A DNA stretch of 63,009 nt, counting the filler, from Globobulimina sp. (Eukaryota), in the NCBI GenBank assembly GCA_003354225.1. It is 20 parts of 20 records of this genome, joined end to end, with 100 filler letters (N's around TTAATTAATTAA, not from the genome) between each part and the next. Parts side by side here need not be neighbours in the genome. Positions count along the whole stretch, not along the records: positions 1 to 3,058 come from PIVH01003849.1; positions 3,159 to 6,216 come from PIVH01003850.1; positions 6,317 to 9,374 come from PIVH01003851.1; positions 9,475 to 12,531 come from PIVH01003852.1; 16 more parts are not named here. One strand, 5' to 3'. Below are positions 1-10,571 of the stretch, one piece after another. A program made the position numbers and the translations under genes. The notes under the pieces are model-generated. The model was not told where the DNA came from and searched no databases. It saw only the letters and a program-made list of their open reading frames with translations. How positions within the stretch are numbered: position 1 is the stretch's first letter; each line of letters opens with the position of its first letter.

Positions 1-137
1 TTTCCTTGTGTGAACGTGAACTAGTTATTATTAGAACTATGGTCAGGGTCCAAATATCGAGATACATTTGGGCTGTTCCAGACAGTTTCACCCCACTCGT
101 CTTCATCCACAGAGGGTTCCATTTTTTAAACTTTAAA

Positions 138-1703
138 ATGCGGCCTTTCATCAAACAATCTCTTTTTTCATGGCGTCGTCTAACTTTAAAATGCACACCG
201 ACTTTAATGCCAAACAAAATACAATTCCAAACACCTACAACCACTCAGTTTATATCCCATCACCACACGAGATATTTTTGCAGTGACCATCGCAATCAAA
301 ATGAGCTGATTAAATCCGAATTGATTGACATTTTACGCAGTATCGATCATCCATCAGATGCAACAAAGGACATTGTTTATTTGGGACTAATTAAAAGTAT
401 CAAAGTCTCTGAAAAAGAAGGCAACAGCAATAACTTTGTGATATCAATTGACTTAGAATTAGACCGTCATTATCGAGAATTAAAGAAACTTATAACCGAT
501 AAAATCAACACTGAAATGAGGCCGTATGTATCATATAACATTGACTCACTCCGAATAAACATGGCTGAAAAAGCAGTTGCAAATAAAAGTGGATCCGCCA
601 AACAGCAAAATGCATTGCAAAATATCAAACATATCGTGGCAGTTTCAAGTTGCAAAGGAGGTGTCGGCAAATCCTGCATCGCCGTCAATTTGGCGTACAC
701 ATTATCGAAAATGGACTATGCAGTCGGTGTGTTTGACGCCGATATCTATGGCCCCTCATTGCCGACCATGACCGCTGCGGCAGCTAATTATACAGATACG
801 CGGTTAACGCAGAATGAGGAGACACAGTTAATACATCCCATCATCTACGAAGGCGTCAAACTAATGTCCTTCGGCTTTGCGCAACAAACGGATGGCTCTG
901 CTGCGATAATGAGAGGACCAATGGTCTCGAATGTGATTCAGCAGCTATTGTTTACCACTAATTGGGGCGAGTTGGACTATCTAATCATTGATTTGCCGCC
1001 GGGAACTTCTGATATTCATTTGACACTGACACAGAAATTGAATATTTCCGCAGCCATTGTGGTGACTACACCGCAGTTATTGTCTGCCATCGATGTGGCA
1101 AAAGGGATTGAAATGTTTAAGAAAGTTAATGTGCCGACGGTTGCTTTGGTTAAAAATATGACATATTATGTTTGTAAGGATTGTGGAGCAAAGCAAGACA
1201 TATTTGGTGAGAGTCAGGCAAAGAATAAGTATGATTTTGAGAGAGATTTTGGGATCAATAATATTTATGACATACCAATATATCCACTCATATCGCAATT
1301 CAGTGATTGTGGCGATCCGATTGTGTTAAATAATGACGAGTTTATAAATAATATATTTGATGGTATTGCCCGCGGTGTAATGGATGAAATGGATAAAATA
1401 AATGAGGATAATGATAATAATGCATATCGATGGTTGGTTGATAGAGTTAATAAGAAAATTAAGTTTGTCAATGACAGAGAAGAAGCTGTTGAGATTAATA
1501 CATTTGATTTACGGTCTATTTGTCGCTGTGCGTTATGTGTGGATGAAATGACAAATGTGCAAATACTTAGAAAAGAGGATATTGATAAAGATATTGAAAT
1601 AAATGTTATTGAAAAATGCGGAAATTATGCTGTAAGCATTGTGTGGTCTGATAAACATCACTCGATTTATGCATTTGAGACAATTAAAGATTTTGTAAAG
1701 TAA
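138..1703 (+). CDS. HCF101: HCF101-type Fe-S cluster scaffold (MIP18-like + Mrp/NBP35 P-loop NTPase + C-terminal DUF971/GBBH-N-like), likely mitochondrial presequence
   Basis: N-domain LRSIDHP...DIVYLGLIKSI; P-loop SCKGGVGKS; DADIYGPSLP; MRGPMVS; DYLIIDLPPGTSD; CKDCG; C-terminal CRCALCVDE...GNYAVSIVWSDKH. ATG at 138 gives MRPFIKQSLFSWRRL, Arg/Thr-rich and acid-free for about 50 aa. Confidence 0.9.
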   Translation: MRPFIKQSLFSWRRLTLKCTPTLMPNKIQFQTPTTTQFISHHHTRYFCSDHRNQNELIKSELIDILRSIDHPSDATKDIVYLGLIKSIKVSEKEGNSNNFVISIDLELDRHYRELKKLITDKINTEMRPYVSYNIDSLRINMAEKAVANKSGSAKQQNALQNIKHIVAVSSCKGGVGKSCIAVNLAYTLSKMDYAVGVFDADIYGPSLPTMTAAAANYTDTRLTQNEETQLIHPIIYEGVKLMSFGFAQQTDGSAAIMRGPMVSNVIQQLLFTTNWGELDYLIIDLPPGTSDIHLTLTQKLNISAAIVVTTPQLLSAIDVAKGIEMFKKVNVPTVALVKNMTYYVCKDCGAKQDIFGESQAKNKYDFERDFGINNIYDIPIYPLISQFSDCGDPIVLNNDEFINNIFDGIARGVMDEMDKINEDNDNNAYRWLVDRVNKKIKFVNDREEAVEINTFDLRSICRCALCVDEMTNVQILRKEDIDKDIEINVIEKCGNYAVSIVWSDKHHSIYAFETIKDFVK

Positions 1704-1964
1704 ATCGTATTAACACCAATATTTAATCGACCGTGCGTACACTTGTCAGAAGCTCGTCCAGTAATATTTGGATAAAATTAGTTTTGCAGTGATTTAAGTC
1801 ATGCCTAGTTGTGTCTCACAGTCGCATCATATGCATCATTGCATTGGTTAAAACCAATAATGTACAAAAGTTGTACATTATTCTTAGTACAAGTTTTCGA
1901 GTAAATCTAACAATAAATCATTGGTTTAGCCATTTAAGTGCTGATATATTAAATATACTTACAA

Positions 1965-2273
1965 ATGGATCTCACGGATGGAAGACCGTGGTGTATCGCG
2001 ATATTATTTTGTATCGTATTGGGTGCTATCATAGCATGGAGTTCTGATGATTCTACTGTCAGCACAGTTGGATGGAGTGTAGCAGTGATAGCACCTCTTG
2101 TTATTTGTGGATGTTGTGCTTTTTATTCGTGGTTTAACGCTGAGAGAGAACTCACACAAACAATGATAGACAATAAGGACTCATATGGTTTGGAACAACA
2201 CCAGAACCAACAGAAGATAATATTTGATCAGATTGCGACATCCAATATGCGGAACATGTGCAATAATACGTGA
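1965..2273 (+). CDS. Small hypothetical membrane protein (2 hydrophobic segments)
   Basis: ATG-started 102 aa ORF with two hydrophobic stretches; no family recognised. Confidence 0.5.
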   Translation: MDLTDGRPWCIAILFCIVLGAIIAWSSDDSTVSTVGWSVAVIAPLVICGCCAFYSWFNAERELTQTMIDNKDSYGLEQHQNQQKIIFDQIATSNMRNMCNNT

Positions 2274-2497
2274 ACTCAATGACAAGACAGCTGAGCTGTG
2301 AATTGAAATAACGCGCTCTTTTCATCAAATTATAGTCTTATGATCCTGAAAGGAGAGTGCAAGGAGAGTGCAAGTAAAGTTTTAACAGTTTCCTCTCTCA
2401 TATATATATCGTGATTTTTAAACAATATTCCGTATACATATCCAGCCAGCATATATACCAGAAAACATTATCAAAAACAGTAACTTTAACAAAATCC

Positions 2498-2640
2498 GTC
2501 CACAATAACAACATCCATATTACCTCCGCCCATATATCCGAAAACGATATTCATCCGCCATATATCCGCCATATATCCGCTATATATTCACCAACCAACC
2601 AAACGTATATATCCATTATATTCCGCTATACATACTGATA
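2498..2640. repeat. Degenerate short tandem repeat, unit about ATATATCCGCC
   Basis: catccgccatatatccgccatatatccgctatata at about 2552-2586, with further degenerate copies on both sides. Confidence 0.6.
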
Positions 2641-2755
2641 TAATCTCCGTAGAAATGTCCTCTATTACCCCAAAATATACACCGGTGTTGGACTATTATT
2701 CGACGATATTTACTGTCAGTCTGAGATCCGCATACCGGCATTGAATCAATTCACT

Positions 2756-3058
2756 ATGAAACCATTATTATTATTATCTATTTTATCATTAATAATGGCA
2801 TTGCATCCAATGCAATGCTTAGAGAATGAGACAACTTGGAAACTACATCAATTAGTTAAAGTTGATGGATTAAAGTCAGACATAGGAAGACAAATTAATG
2901 GCAAATTGGGGCAAGTCATTAACATTTATAATAATACAACACAGAGATACGGTGTTATGATTCTTGACTCTTTTTCAACAAATTTAATATTTATGCAAAG
3001 TATAACAATTTTTGCTGAAGATCAGGTACGAAACAAACAATTCCGTCTCAAAGTGCTT
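2756..3058 (+). CDS. Secreted protein, 5' fragment, SH3-like beta module
   Basis: Signal-like MKPLLLLSILSLIMA, then VKVDGLKS...INGKLGQV...RYGV, a motif I recall from protist/algal proteins. Runs into the contig end. Confidence 0.45.
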
Positions 3059-3158
3059 NNNNNNNNNNNNNNNNNNNNNNNNNNNNNNNNNNNNNNNNNN
3101 NNTTAATTAATTAANNNNNNNNNNNNNNNNNNNNNNNNNNNNNNNNNNNNNNNNNNNN
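3059..3158. other. Artificial contig linker (44 N + TTAATTAATTAA + 44 N), first of 19
   Basis: Identical 100-nt linkers start at 3059, 6217, 9375, 12532, 15689, 18846, 22002, 25158, 28314, 31469, 34624, 37779, 40934, 44088, 47242, 50396, 53550, 56704 and 59857. The 12-mer puts stops in all six frames. Contig lengths fall monotonically from 3058 to 3053 bp. Confidence 0.99.
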
Positions 3159-3274
3159 TGGTTTGTTTATGTACTCGATTTCCGGTCCATCCTTGAGCCA
3201 TGACAAAAAAAAAAACTTCAAAACTTTTCAATCCAAATCCGCACTTAAAATACTAGAAAAACACACTTGCAATA

Positions 3275-5086
3275 ATGTCGGCACAAGCACTATGTTCAAA
3301 AATGAAGAATGAATGTAAAAAGTTGCTTGATGTAATATATATCGATCACAATCCAGATCCACTTTCAGGCGCCACAGCAACCACATTGTGCAAGAACGCC
3401 ATTTCAGAGTTATCCGACGCAGCAACCACCAATGAAATGTTAAAGACCTCGCGAGGTAATGGTAACGGAATGCAGACCATCCATTCCGGCATGGACGCAT
3501 TTGGTGAGATTCCCACTGTATCAGATGATGGCACTCAGATTGATATCGTGCAGCAAATCGATGCAGGCAACGGGTTCGCACCGGGAATGCCCAGTACTTG
3601 GATAAAACGAGCCTTACCCGATCATCTTCGCCGCGGCAAACCAGTGCGATCGAGTGATATCTTCGACGATGCGCATATGGCATTTGGTAGTGGGCAGGAA
3701 ATATTATGCGAGCCAATGCACGTCAACACCAAACCAGACTGGACTGCGGATGATAAGAATTTTCTCACTGGACAGCAGATTGATGCCTATTATGCGGGAC
3801 CGCGCGTATGGACCACGAAAGGCTATTTTTCTGGCTCTATGATAACCCCTTTGTGCGATCCACGGCAAATTACCATCATTATACAAAGTGGAACGGGCGT
3901 AATTCAGTCCACCTTTGGTTTATTACCGTATGTCGCTGGCGATTTGATTCAAATCCCGCCGCATACTCCGTTTTGTTTTTATGTTTGCAAAAAGCAAACG
4001 GTTCGCTGCATTACTTATTATGCCAAAGAAGATTTAGTTTTTCCTACGTCGCAGTTAAACGGCGCCGATTTAAACCAAGCGCCTTTCTCGCCGAGTATTG
4101 TGGTGCAATGTCAGTATGCTTTTGACGAATCGAAGCAATATCAGCAACGCGCAGAATATGTTCGTTTACAACAATCGAATGGCAATTATAATTTATATTA
4201 TTTCCCGCAATGCAAAAGTGCCTTCAATTGGAGCAAATGGGTACATAATGGGCCGGTTGTGCATAAAGTGAATTTAATTACAAATTATGAACGAATTGGG
4301 ACCAGCAAAGGGCATAAAGATCCAAATTTGTGGTTAATATTAGGGCATACATGCGACAAATCATTTGGCATCGCGTATATTAGCGGGAAATCCTTGGTTG
4401 CAGTGGGTGAGGCGGAAGACAATAAAATTACGTATCCGCCCGCTTTCTGGCATATCAATGGTGTGCCTGAAAAGGGCGAACTCGTCGTCTTTGGCGATCG
4501 CGAAGATACCGGCTATGATGCGAGGGAGGGTTATGGTGACGGGGACTGTTTGTTGCATGTTGCGGGCGTTGGACATGGTGCGGACAGAGGTGTTTTCAAA
4601 CATTTTATAAATAAAGCCATTATTAAACATATATTAGAAAATAAAAACAGGGATACAATTATTAAACAATTGATTAATGGCAATAAATATGGAAGATTTA
4701 TGGGGTTAAATGCAGAGAAGAAAGTGGATCGAATTAATGGATTTATTAAAAGAATGTATGCGTCTGATTTTGCTGATGAATATAACGATGCCCAAAATGT
4801 GGAATTTAATGTGTCGTCTGGCCTTAATACGGCAATTGATGTTATTTTAAATGAGGATATTGCGTTGAATGCAGGTCGCGATTTCCAAGTATTAGGAATG
4901 CCGCTCGGTATCGGATATTTAATGGTGGAGTGTAGAGATGTTCCCGTTATTCCTCCATGTCGAAAGAATTCAAGTTTTAATAAAATTACGCCAGTCTCTT
5001 ATGGTTTAGATCTTTTTCCATTGGTTGACGATGCGAATAAATACTTGGAGAAAATTAATAAAAAATATATTAGATCCTCTCTTTAA
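3275..5086 (+). CDS. Highly divergent homogentisate 1,2-dioxygenase-like protein (603 aa, no intron evident)
   Basis: Colinear HGD motifs: GTGVIQSTFGLLPYVAGDLIQIP, HKDPNLWLIL (cf. HADPSIFTVL), PPAFWHIN...E (cf. PPYYHRN..SE), GYDAREG (cf. HYEAKQG), LHVAGVGHGAD (cf. LHSTMTPHGPD), YLMVE (cf. AFMFE). Adjacent to HPD. Confidence 0.78.
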   Translation: MSAQALCSKMKNECKKLLDVIYIDHNPDPLSGATATTLCKNAISELSDAATTNEMLKTSRGNGNGMQTIHSGMDAFGEIPTVSDDGTQIDIVQQIDAGNGFAPGMPSTWIKRALPDHLRRGKPVRSSDIFDDAHMAFGSGQEILCEPMHVNTKPDWTADDKNFLTGQQIDAYYAGPRVWTTKGYFSGSMITPLCDPRQITIIIQSGTGVIQSTFGLLPYVAGDLIQIPPHTPFCFYVCKKQTVRCITYYAKEDLVFPTSQLNGADLNQAPFSPSIVVQCQYAFDESKQYQQRAEYVRLQQSNGNYNLYYFPQCKSAFNWSKWVHNGPVVHKVNLITNYERIGTSKGHKDPNLWLILGHTCDKSFGIAYISGKSLVAVGEAEDNKITYPPAFWHINGVPEKGELVVFGDREDTGYDAREGYGDGDCLLHVAGVGHGADRGVFKHFINKAIIKHILENKNRDTIIKQLINGNKYGRFMGLNAEKKVDRINGFIKRMYASDFADEYNDAQNVEFNVSSGLNTAIDVILNEDIALNAGRDFQVLGMPLGIGYLMVECRDVPVIPPCRKNSSFNKITPVSYGLDLFPLVDDANKYLEKINKKYIRSSL

Positions 5087-5633
5087 ATAATAATACTTTA
5101 TTTGCTTACTATAAATACTGCTTTTTATTTTATACATTACTATAATAAATACTTTAGAACATGAACGCGCCTTATCCTCGCACACACGGAAGATGGTGAT
5201 CACTCCCTCTTTAGTTCAAAATGTTAAAATTAATTATGTTCCAAAAAAAGAATGTCGTTTCCTTGCACATTCTTAAAAAAAAAAGTGTTTTTGTACGTCC
5301 ACAAACGGTCTAAATATCAGATTTACAGATTTGGAAATAGTCAGAATTTGAAAAAGCGTGTTATTGAACTAGTAGTCTGTTTGAAACACTTTTCTTTTGA
5401 AATTGTATACATTATCCTTGCACTGCATGTAAATCCCCATATGATTTCAAATTGTTATCTTCAAAACTTTAAGAAATCATTTTTTTGGATAAAATAAAAT
5501 TAATACCATAATACATATATTTAGCAGAAAGCCTAAACAGCTTCACAGTATATTGTCATTATTTATATACTCACACAAAAAAAATAAAAAAAAATTTAGT
5601 AATGAACGTTATGAACCACAGAAACGAAAGTCA

Positions 5634-6216
<583 letters not shown>

Positions 6217-6316
6217 NNNNNNNNNNNNNNNNNNNNNNNNNNNNNNNNNNNNNNNNNNNNTTAATTAATTAANNNNNNNNNNNNNNNNNNNNNNNNNNNN
6301 NNNNNNNNNNNNNNNN

Positions 6317-6815
6317 GTACTTGTCCAATATAATCAACACATTCAATGGAGATATTTTCTGTTTTTGAACTGGAATAATTAGAAGAATTTTGACCCTCTC
6401 ATGGAATCCATGGCTGTTGCTAATACATTTAAGTTAGTGATATTATCGGAATATATTTTTGATTCAAACATGCATGACTCTGCAGAGGCTTCTATTTGTA
6501 AATTAGTACTGAATATAAGTATATACGTACATAGTAAACACAATATAATCGGAGATAATCGTCATTAATTAACCTGGAGTTTCCATAAACTGTGGAGCTA
6601 TACAGACATTTGGTGTTACTGCAATTGACAATGCAGGTTTCAGCGAACCCACAATAAATAATCTTATTGTTTGGGCTTGAAGAAAAATCCATATTGCAAT
6701 CAATAAGACAGATGTCGCCTTGACCAGCTGCAGCATCACAATCTATAATTATTGTCTCCTCGACAAATGATGGACGATATGTTGTTGAATGTATTGCATA
6801 AACTGTTTTGGTCAT
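6317..6815 (-). CDS. Cys-rich repeat protein fragment, probably spliced
   Basis: Regularly spaced Cys (IIIDC...ICLIDC...IIYC...CIVNC...KC). AT-rich intron-like break near 6490-6575. Runs toward the contig end. Confidence 0.4.
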
Positions 6816-6976
6816 AAATTTATTTAATTAAAAGAAATTTCGTATTCATAAAAGGCTTTGACATACAACATGTGATTGTAATGATGAGATGTAGCATGCT
6901 ATTATTTTCATGCATGTTGGATTCGATTTCGTCTGATGTAAAAAATCAAAAAAAAAACACTCGAGAGTAGAACAAT

Positions 6977-8203
6977 ATGGATGGAGCGCCTGAAATTTCC
7001 GGCGAATTATCAAAATTGGAGTCATTGTTTTTCCACGTAACCAAAGTGTTGATTTATAAAACACTTTCATCGCCATTGAGAGTGACGCATTTATTATTAC
7101 AATCGAAAAACGTTATCATTGAACACAATGAAGAATGTAATTCATTGACAAAATCAACAATAAATACAATCAAGCAATCATGGCTATTTTGGACATCATC
7201 AAATGGTTTAAATTCAGAATCAACGAACAACACTAAAACTAATACATTTGCAATGATTGATTATTTAAAAGAAAGCAATGAATCAATATTGCCAAATAAT
7301 TCAGTTTATTCATCCACCAATACATTAAATTTAATGTATAAAATCATAAAGGATAATAAATATGGAATATCTTACTTATTTGTTGGCAATTTATATAACA
7401 TAATACGTGGTTTATTATTGCATCGCAGTGCAGAGATCTGTTATGATACAGAAATGATTGAAAACAGCAAAGATAAATACATTGGAGCTTTATACACAAA
7501 AGGATGGATTTCATGGACCGCAGCAACATCGAGTTTATGGTTTGCTTCTTGTTTTGTATTATATCCATTACATAATATTTATATAAATTATTTATTTAAT
7601 TTTGATGCTGAATATGAATTACCGCAATTAAACTTGTATGGAATCCACAAATTATATTCGGGATATTTATTGAGTGTATGGCAGAGTGTATGTCATTGTT
7701 TTTTATATTATAAATTAACAGACATTGTCTGTAGAGAGGGCAGAGACGATTTATTTGGCAATGTAGTAAGCAAATATATTGCGATGGGCTGTTGTAATAT
7801 TATCTGTTATCCCTTCCATACGATACAGAAACGAATGATGATTACAAATGAAAATATTCAACAATCATTTTATAACATAATTGAAAAACAATCGTTTTGG
7901 AGCTTATTTGATGGATTATACGCATATTTATTAAAAGCATTGGTGTCTCAAATATGTATAGATGGCTGTAATATGTTTATTGTTTGGTATAAGAATGTTT
8001 ATAAAAGAAACATAGTAAATAATAATATTAATATTAATGATACGGATGTAATTTGTAATATTTGTTTAGAAAATAAAAAACAATTTGTGTTTAATTGTGG
8101 TCATTGTGTCTGTCAGCAATGTAAAGTTAGAATGATTCGAACGAGGAAACAGTGTCATATCTGCAGGGCAAATATTGTCAGCGTGCAAAAAGTATATATT
8201 TGA
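6977..8203 (+). CDS. Mitochondrial-carrier-like protein fused to a C-terminal RING-HC finger
   Basis: Degenerate carrier signatures SPLRVTHLLLQ, LYPLHNI and CYPFHTIQKRMM...SFWSLFDGL. RING: CNICLENKKQFVFNCGHCVCQQC...CHICRANI at the extreme C-terminus. Single ORF. Confidence 0.7.
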   Translation: MDGAPEISGELSKLESLFFHVTKVLIYKTLSSPLRVTHLLLQSKNVIIEHNEECNSLTKSTINTIKQSWLFWTSSNGLNSESTNNTKTNTFAMIDYLKESNESILPNNSVYSSTNTLNLMYKIIKDNKYGISYLFVGNLYNIIRGLLLHRSAEICYDTEMIENSKDKYIGALYTKGWISWTAATSSLWFASCFVLYPLHNIYINYLFNFDAEYELPQLNLYGIHKLYSGYLLSVWQSVCHCFLYYKLTDIVCREGRDDLFGNVVSKYIAMGCCNIICYPFHTIQKRMMITNENIQQSFYNIIEKQSFWSLFDGLYAYLLKALVSQICIDGCNMFIVWYKNVYKRNIVNNNININDTDVICNICLENKKQFVFNCGHCVCQQCKVRMIRTRKQCHICRANIVSVQKVYI

Positions 8204-8322
8204 TTGGAAGCCTCTATTGAAACAGTAATTACGTTGCAAAGTTGAATCAGAATTCGCCATCTGAATCTTGTGATACTTTTTTCTAATTAAAAACTTTACC
8301 CACTTGCTACTCATCTTACTAA

Positions 8323-9132
8323 TGTCAGCCACAGTAAAACTAAGTTTGTTGGATACGTTGCTGGTATTTGGATACATGAGATGTCAGAAAAAAACAAACG
8401 AGTTTGTAATGCCACCAGACGATATTATCAATTTATGCGGAAATATTAACATTTATTCGCGGATATTATCAATTCTTTCATTTATTCGCGGAAATATTAA
8501 CATTTAGTGAGACACATATGAGCAAAGATGGCATTAAATTGGCGAATGACAACACATTGGTAATAAAGCAATCTTCTTCACATCGCTATGTTTTAACCAC
8601 TGCAGATCCTGTTTTCCACGGAGTTCATTGTTGGCGTTGCTTAGTTATGAATATCTGTTCTGTGTTTATATGTATCTTATTGTAATTGTGTGATGGACAG
8701 ACAATTAATCCACAAAGTGCATGGATAATGTGGGCGGTCAGTAAAAAGGAGATCTTTGCTGCTTTTTCATACCAAAAAGCGTGGGGTATATCTTATGACA
8801 ATCAATGGTTTCCATGGAGCAGTGAGCTGATAAACAGTGTTGAAAATAATAAAGTTGATTTGCGACATTTTAAATGTGAAAAAAGTGAGGTGGATATATT
8901 GTTTGATGCTGATAAAAGTGAATTGAAAATATGTAAAATCGGATACTGTTCCAACGATAAAATAGCAATAATATCAAACATTAAGTATCCAGATGATGAA
9001 AAATATGGATTTGTGCCTCATATTAATTTGGGTACATCCATTGCATCACCAATTAAAATGCAAATTGCTAAGATACCAATTGAATGGTTTGGACAAAAAT
9101 GTGATGGTATTTTCACATTTCAAGATAACTAA
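8323..9132 (+). CDS. SPRY/B30.2-like protein with N-terminal LVFGYMR...DIINLC motif; spliced, possibly disrupted
   Basis: N-terminal motif shared with the TLDc gene at 21493. GVHCWR and ILFDADKSELKI...GFVPHINL are SPRY-like strands. Short local duplications at about 8420-8506 interrupt the frame. Confidence 0.45.
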
Positions 9133-9750
9133 ATTTAAACTAGTGACAGAATATAAACTGTGAAATTGTAGTTTATTTGTTTGGAATTGTTGTTGAATTA
9201 GTGCTAGAATAAGGGGCTGTTCTTATATTGCGCAATATAATTTGGACCTAGGTCCTAGGTATATGGTTATTGCAATTTATTGCAATTTAGACCTGAGTTG
9301 CGGGCTTTTAACGAAGCTTAGTTAGCACAACAATATGGATCACAGACAGCAGATAAACACAACAAAAAAAGTCTNNNNNNNNNNNNNNNNNNNNNNNNNN
9401 NNNNNNNNNNNNNNNNNNTTAATTAATTAANNNNNNNNNNNNNNNNNNNNNNNNNNNNNNNNNNNNNNNNNNNNTTTGTTTTTGGTTTGTATGCAGAGTT
9501 TTCTAAGTAATTGTTTGATTTTCATTATTGCTGTGGTTTCAGCTACATTATTTGTTTCAGTTCCTAGTGCTTGTGCAAAGTAGTATTTTCTATTTTTATG
9601 TTCAATATATATTCAATATACATGCTACAATTGAGAATCAAATCATTAATTATCAAATTAAAAAAACACATCAATTTACATCACAAAACCATTTTAGTCA
9701 ATTCTCAAAAAATATCCTCGATGTATTTACAAATAGGTAGGTTCAACGAA

Positions 9751-10381
9751 ATGATTAAAGAAAGTATGACTGAAAAACATGCAGAAATACACAATGATGA
9801 GACGGTTAAAAATCCAAATCATTTGGCTGAATGGTACCAAACAGTAATGAAACAATGTTTTAAGCAGAATGTCTTTGATGAAAATGAAAAGGACACCTGG
9901 ATTCAACAATTCAATACACTCACAGTACCATGGAAACAAGAACAATTCATAACTAAATTATTGAAACGATTACGGAAATCAAAATTTAACAAAATGGAAA
10001 CTCTTTCAAACACACGAACACATTATGATATGGATTACCTCTCTTTGCGAGACAAAACAAAAGAAATGCTACAGAAATATAGAAGTGAATTCAACGAAAA
10101 TGATATGATTATTAATGGATTGGTTTTGTGTGGATATATTCGGAAAAACATTCCATTATTTTGGTTTGTGTGCAGTTTATTGTGGCAAAATATATATTTT
10201 AGGGATAATTGAGCACGCAAATGATTTACAAATAATGCTGGAACAGCAAAAGAATTTGACTGCTGGGTTTGAAGCTGAGTGGCAAACATTGATGCAGTTT
10301 CTCAAAGATGATGGTAGAGAAGCATTGGCGGCTCGGCTAAAGATACGTTATTCACGACTGAGAGAACTACACAATCATTGA
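9751..10381 (+). CDS. Hypothetical helical protein, probably two exons
   Basis: Overlapping ORFs 9571-10212 and 10115-10381 with a plausible intron ending at ttttag near 10203. Start codon uncertain; no family recognised. Confidence 0.4.
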
Positions 10382-10426
10382 ATTCATCATTTCGTTCTTG
10401 TTTACCTTGAAAAGAGTTTTCAAATG

Positions 10427-10505
10427 CCGTGAAAGTCAGAAGGAAATGAAAGTCAGAAGGAAATAATATAATGGCAAACCCGTGAAAGTCAGAAGGAAAT
10501 GAAAG
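10427..10505. repeat. Three copies of TGAAAGTCAGAAGGAAAT
   Basis: Exact 18-mer seen twice overlapping in tandem from about 10430 and again from about 10483, between two convergent genes. Confidence 0.75.
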
Positions 10506-10571
10506 AAAAATGTCCAATTGTGATAAAACAATTTTTTAAAAAGAACAGATTGATAAATAAATTTACATCAA

